Below, in pieces: positions 63,000 to 64,000 of a stretch of DNA of 64,000 nucleotides (position 1 is the stretch's first letter; every line of letters begins with the position of its first letter). The notes below the pieces were generated by a model, which did not search any database, had not been told where the DNA came from, and worked only from the letters and a program-made list of their open reading frames with translations. The DNA is from Parasitella parasitica NRRL 2501 (taxonomy: Eukaryota; Fungi; Mucoromycota). The stretch is taken from the NCBI GenBank assembly GCA_025201805.1, contig MU619315.1, positions 1 through 64,000 on the forward strand, written 5' to 3'. Both the position numbers and the translations under genes were made by a program.

Positions 63000-64000
63000 T
63001 ACATCATGCCTTTAAATTCAAGGTAGTCTTTAAAAAAGTTTACGGTTGTCTAATGACAAACATCTGTGATTCTGGGTGTAAGTGGGTCTGTTGACTTTGG
63101 ATCAAAAACCTTTAATTGGATTCAGGAATAGAGAACAAGGTTGAAGATAAGCTTTATTTATGTCCTTAGGATTACATAAGTTTCTATACAAATAATTTTT
63201 TATGAATGGGTGCGTTGTCCTAGTGGCAGATTGTTTCCTTTTCTCTGGCACTTTCTTCTACCTTTAGTTGATCTGGCGTCTTCTAGTGTAGAAGGTCTTG
63301 TCAGACAAGTACCAAGCTGGTTTCTCTATATCCAGTTTCACAGTATAACAGCTAGTCAAGCCTGTGTCTTCTTTTCCATAACACTGGAATGGTTCAAAAG
63401 TTTGTGTCTTTGTAAAGCCAGCGTAGATTTTAAGCGTCTGTTTTTTTTTTGGCCTACGCGAACTTTAGTGTGCTATTGTCAGGAAAAAAGACAAAAACTG
63501 TAAGAAAACAATGCTTAGCGATTTCAGACACAAAAACAAGTAATTCAAAGTAATCTATTGGACTATAAGACACCTTTTGATTACATATTTGCATAGCTTA
63601 GAGCAAGCTTTTGTACTTTTCAAGTCGACAACAGATGAAGGTAACGACTTTTCTGACTTTTTTTCGGAAAAGTTTTTTTCAAAATCGGAGCGTGAGATCG
63701 CCAGGCCAGGTACAAACATGCAAGTACTACCATTAGAAAGCCAAAAAGCACACCATTTAAATAAAGTAGTTTGAAATTGTTTTCTCTTGAATTGGGTAAT
63801 TTGTGGCTTCTCAAAGCTAATGCTTTCTTCAAAATAGCATCATTTTTCATTGATAGCGGAGATTAAACGCGTCCAAAATCAGAAAGAAAACATTCTTTCA
63901 AAAACTCCATTTGGATATTTCGAAAACAAAATTACTTCTTTGAGGCAAGATATCATTCTTTGATACTATGCATACCACGGCTGTCAGTCTATGATAATAG
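63000..64000 (-). pseudogene. Possible decayed or partial coding sequence at the window end
   Basis: Short coding-like minus-strand stretches (e.g. FEPFQCYGKEDTGLTSCYTVKLDIEKPAWYL) broken by stops; no family recognised. Confidence 0.25.

Noticed and set aside
1-64000. Search for U12-type (GTATCCTT/ATATCCTT) introns and for stop-codon reassignment
   Set aside because: All reconstructed introns have U2-type donors, GTATCCTC at 39617 has no matching branch site, and TAA, TAG and TGA all end conserved genes.

Overview
Gene-dense, AT-rich, intron-containing eukaryotic DNA from an early-diverging fungus, most likely Mucorales. This assignment is inferred from short GT-AG introns with CTAAY-type branch points, a fused TRP5, Mucorales-type class 3 lipases and a Mucorales-type Tc1 relic. 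I reconstructed about 27 protein-coding genes by hand-splicing. They are a CLIP-170-like protein, PPZ phosphatase, RPL18, COQ9, a PAS protein, a RIM4-like RRM protein, a SAS4/PEHE-like protein, a dual-cNMP F-box/LRR protein, a peroxisomal thioesterase, a Ras-like/RasGEF fusion, PRE8, KAP123, a TPR-MBL fusion, a divergent eRF1, an MFS transporter, TRP5, two lipases, a PHO80-like cyclin, METTL6, a BBOX/AIM17-like dioxygenase, EMC7, a GT8, a BAHD acyltransferase, RanBP9/10, a SMYD protein and three orphans. I saw no tRNA, rRNA or CRISPR array. The best leads are (1) an unusually diverged eRF1, probably a second paralogue, with intact decoding motifs and lying 120 bp behind a TPR co-chaperone/metallo-hydrolase fusion; (2) a pseudo-GTPase fused to a RasGEF; (3) an F-box/LRR protein with one RTA-type and one RAA-type cyclic-nucleotide pocket; and (4) a Rim4-like protein with a Ser/Asn low-complexity tail. 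Multi-exon coordinates give the outer CDS span and are manual estimates. All family calls come from recalled motifs, not database searches.
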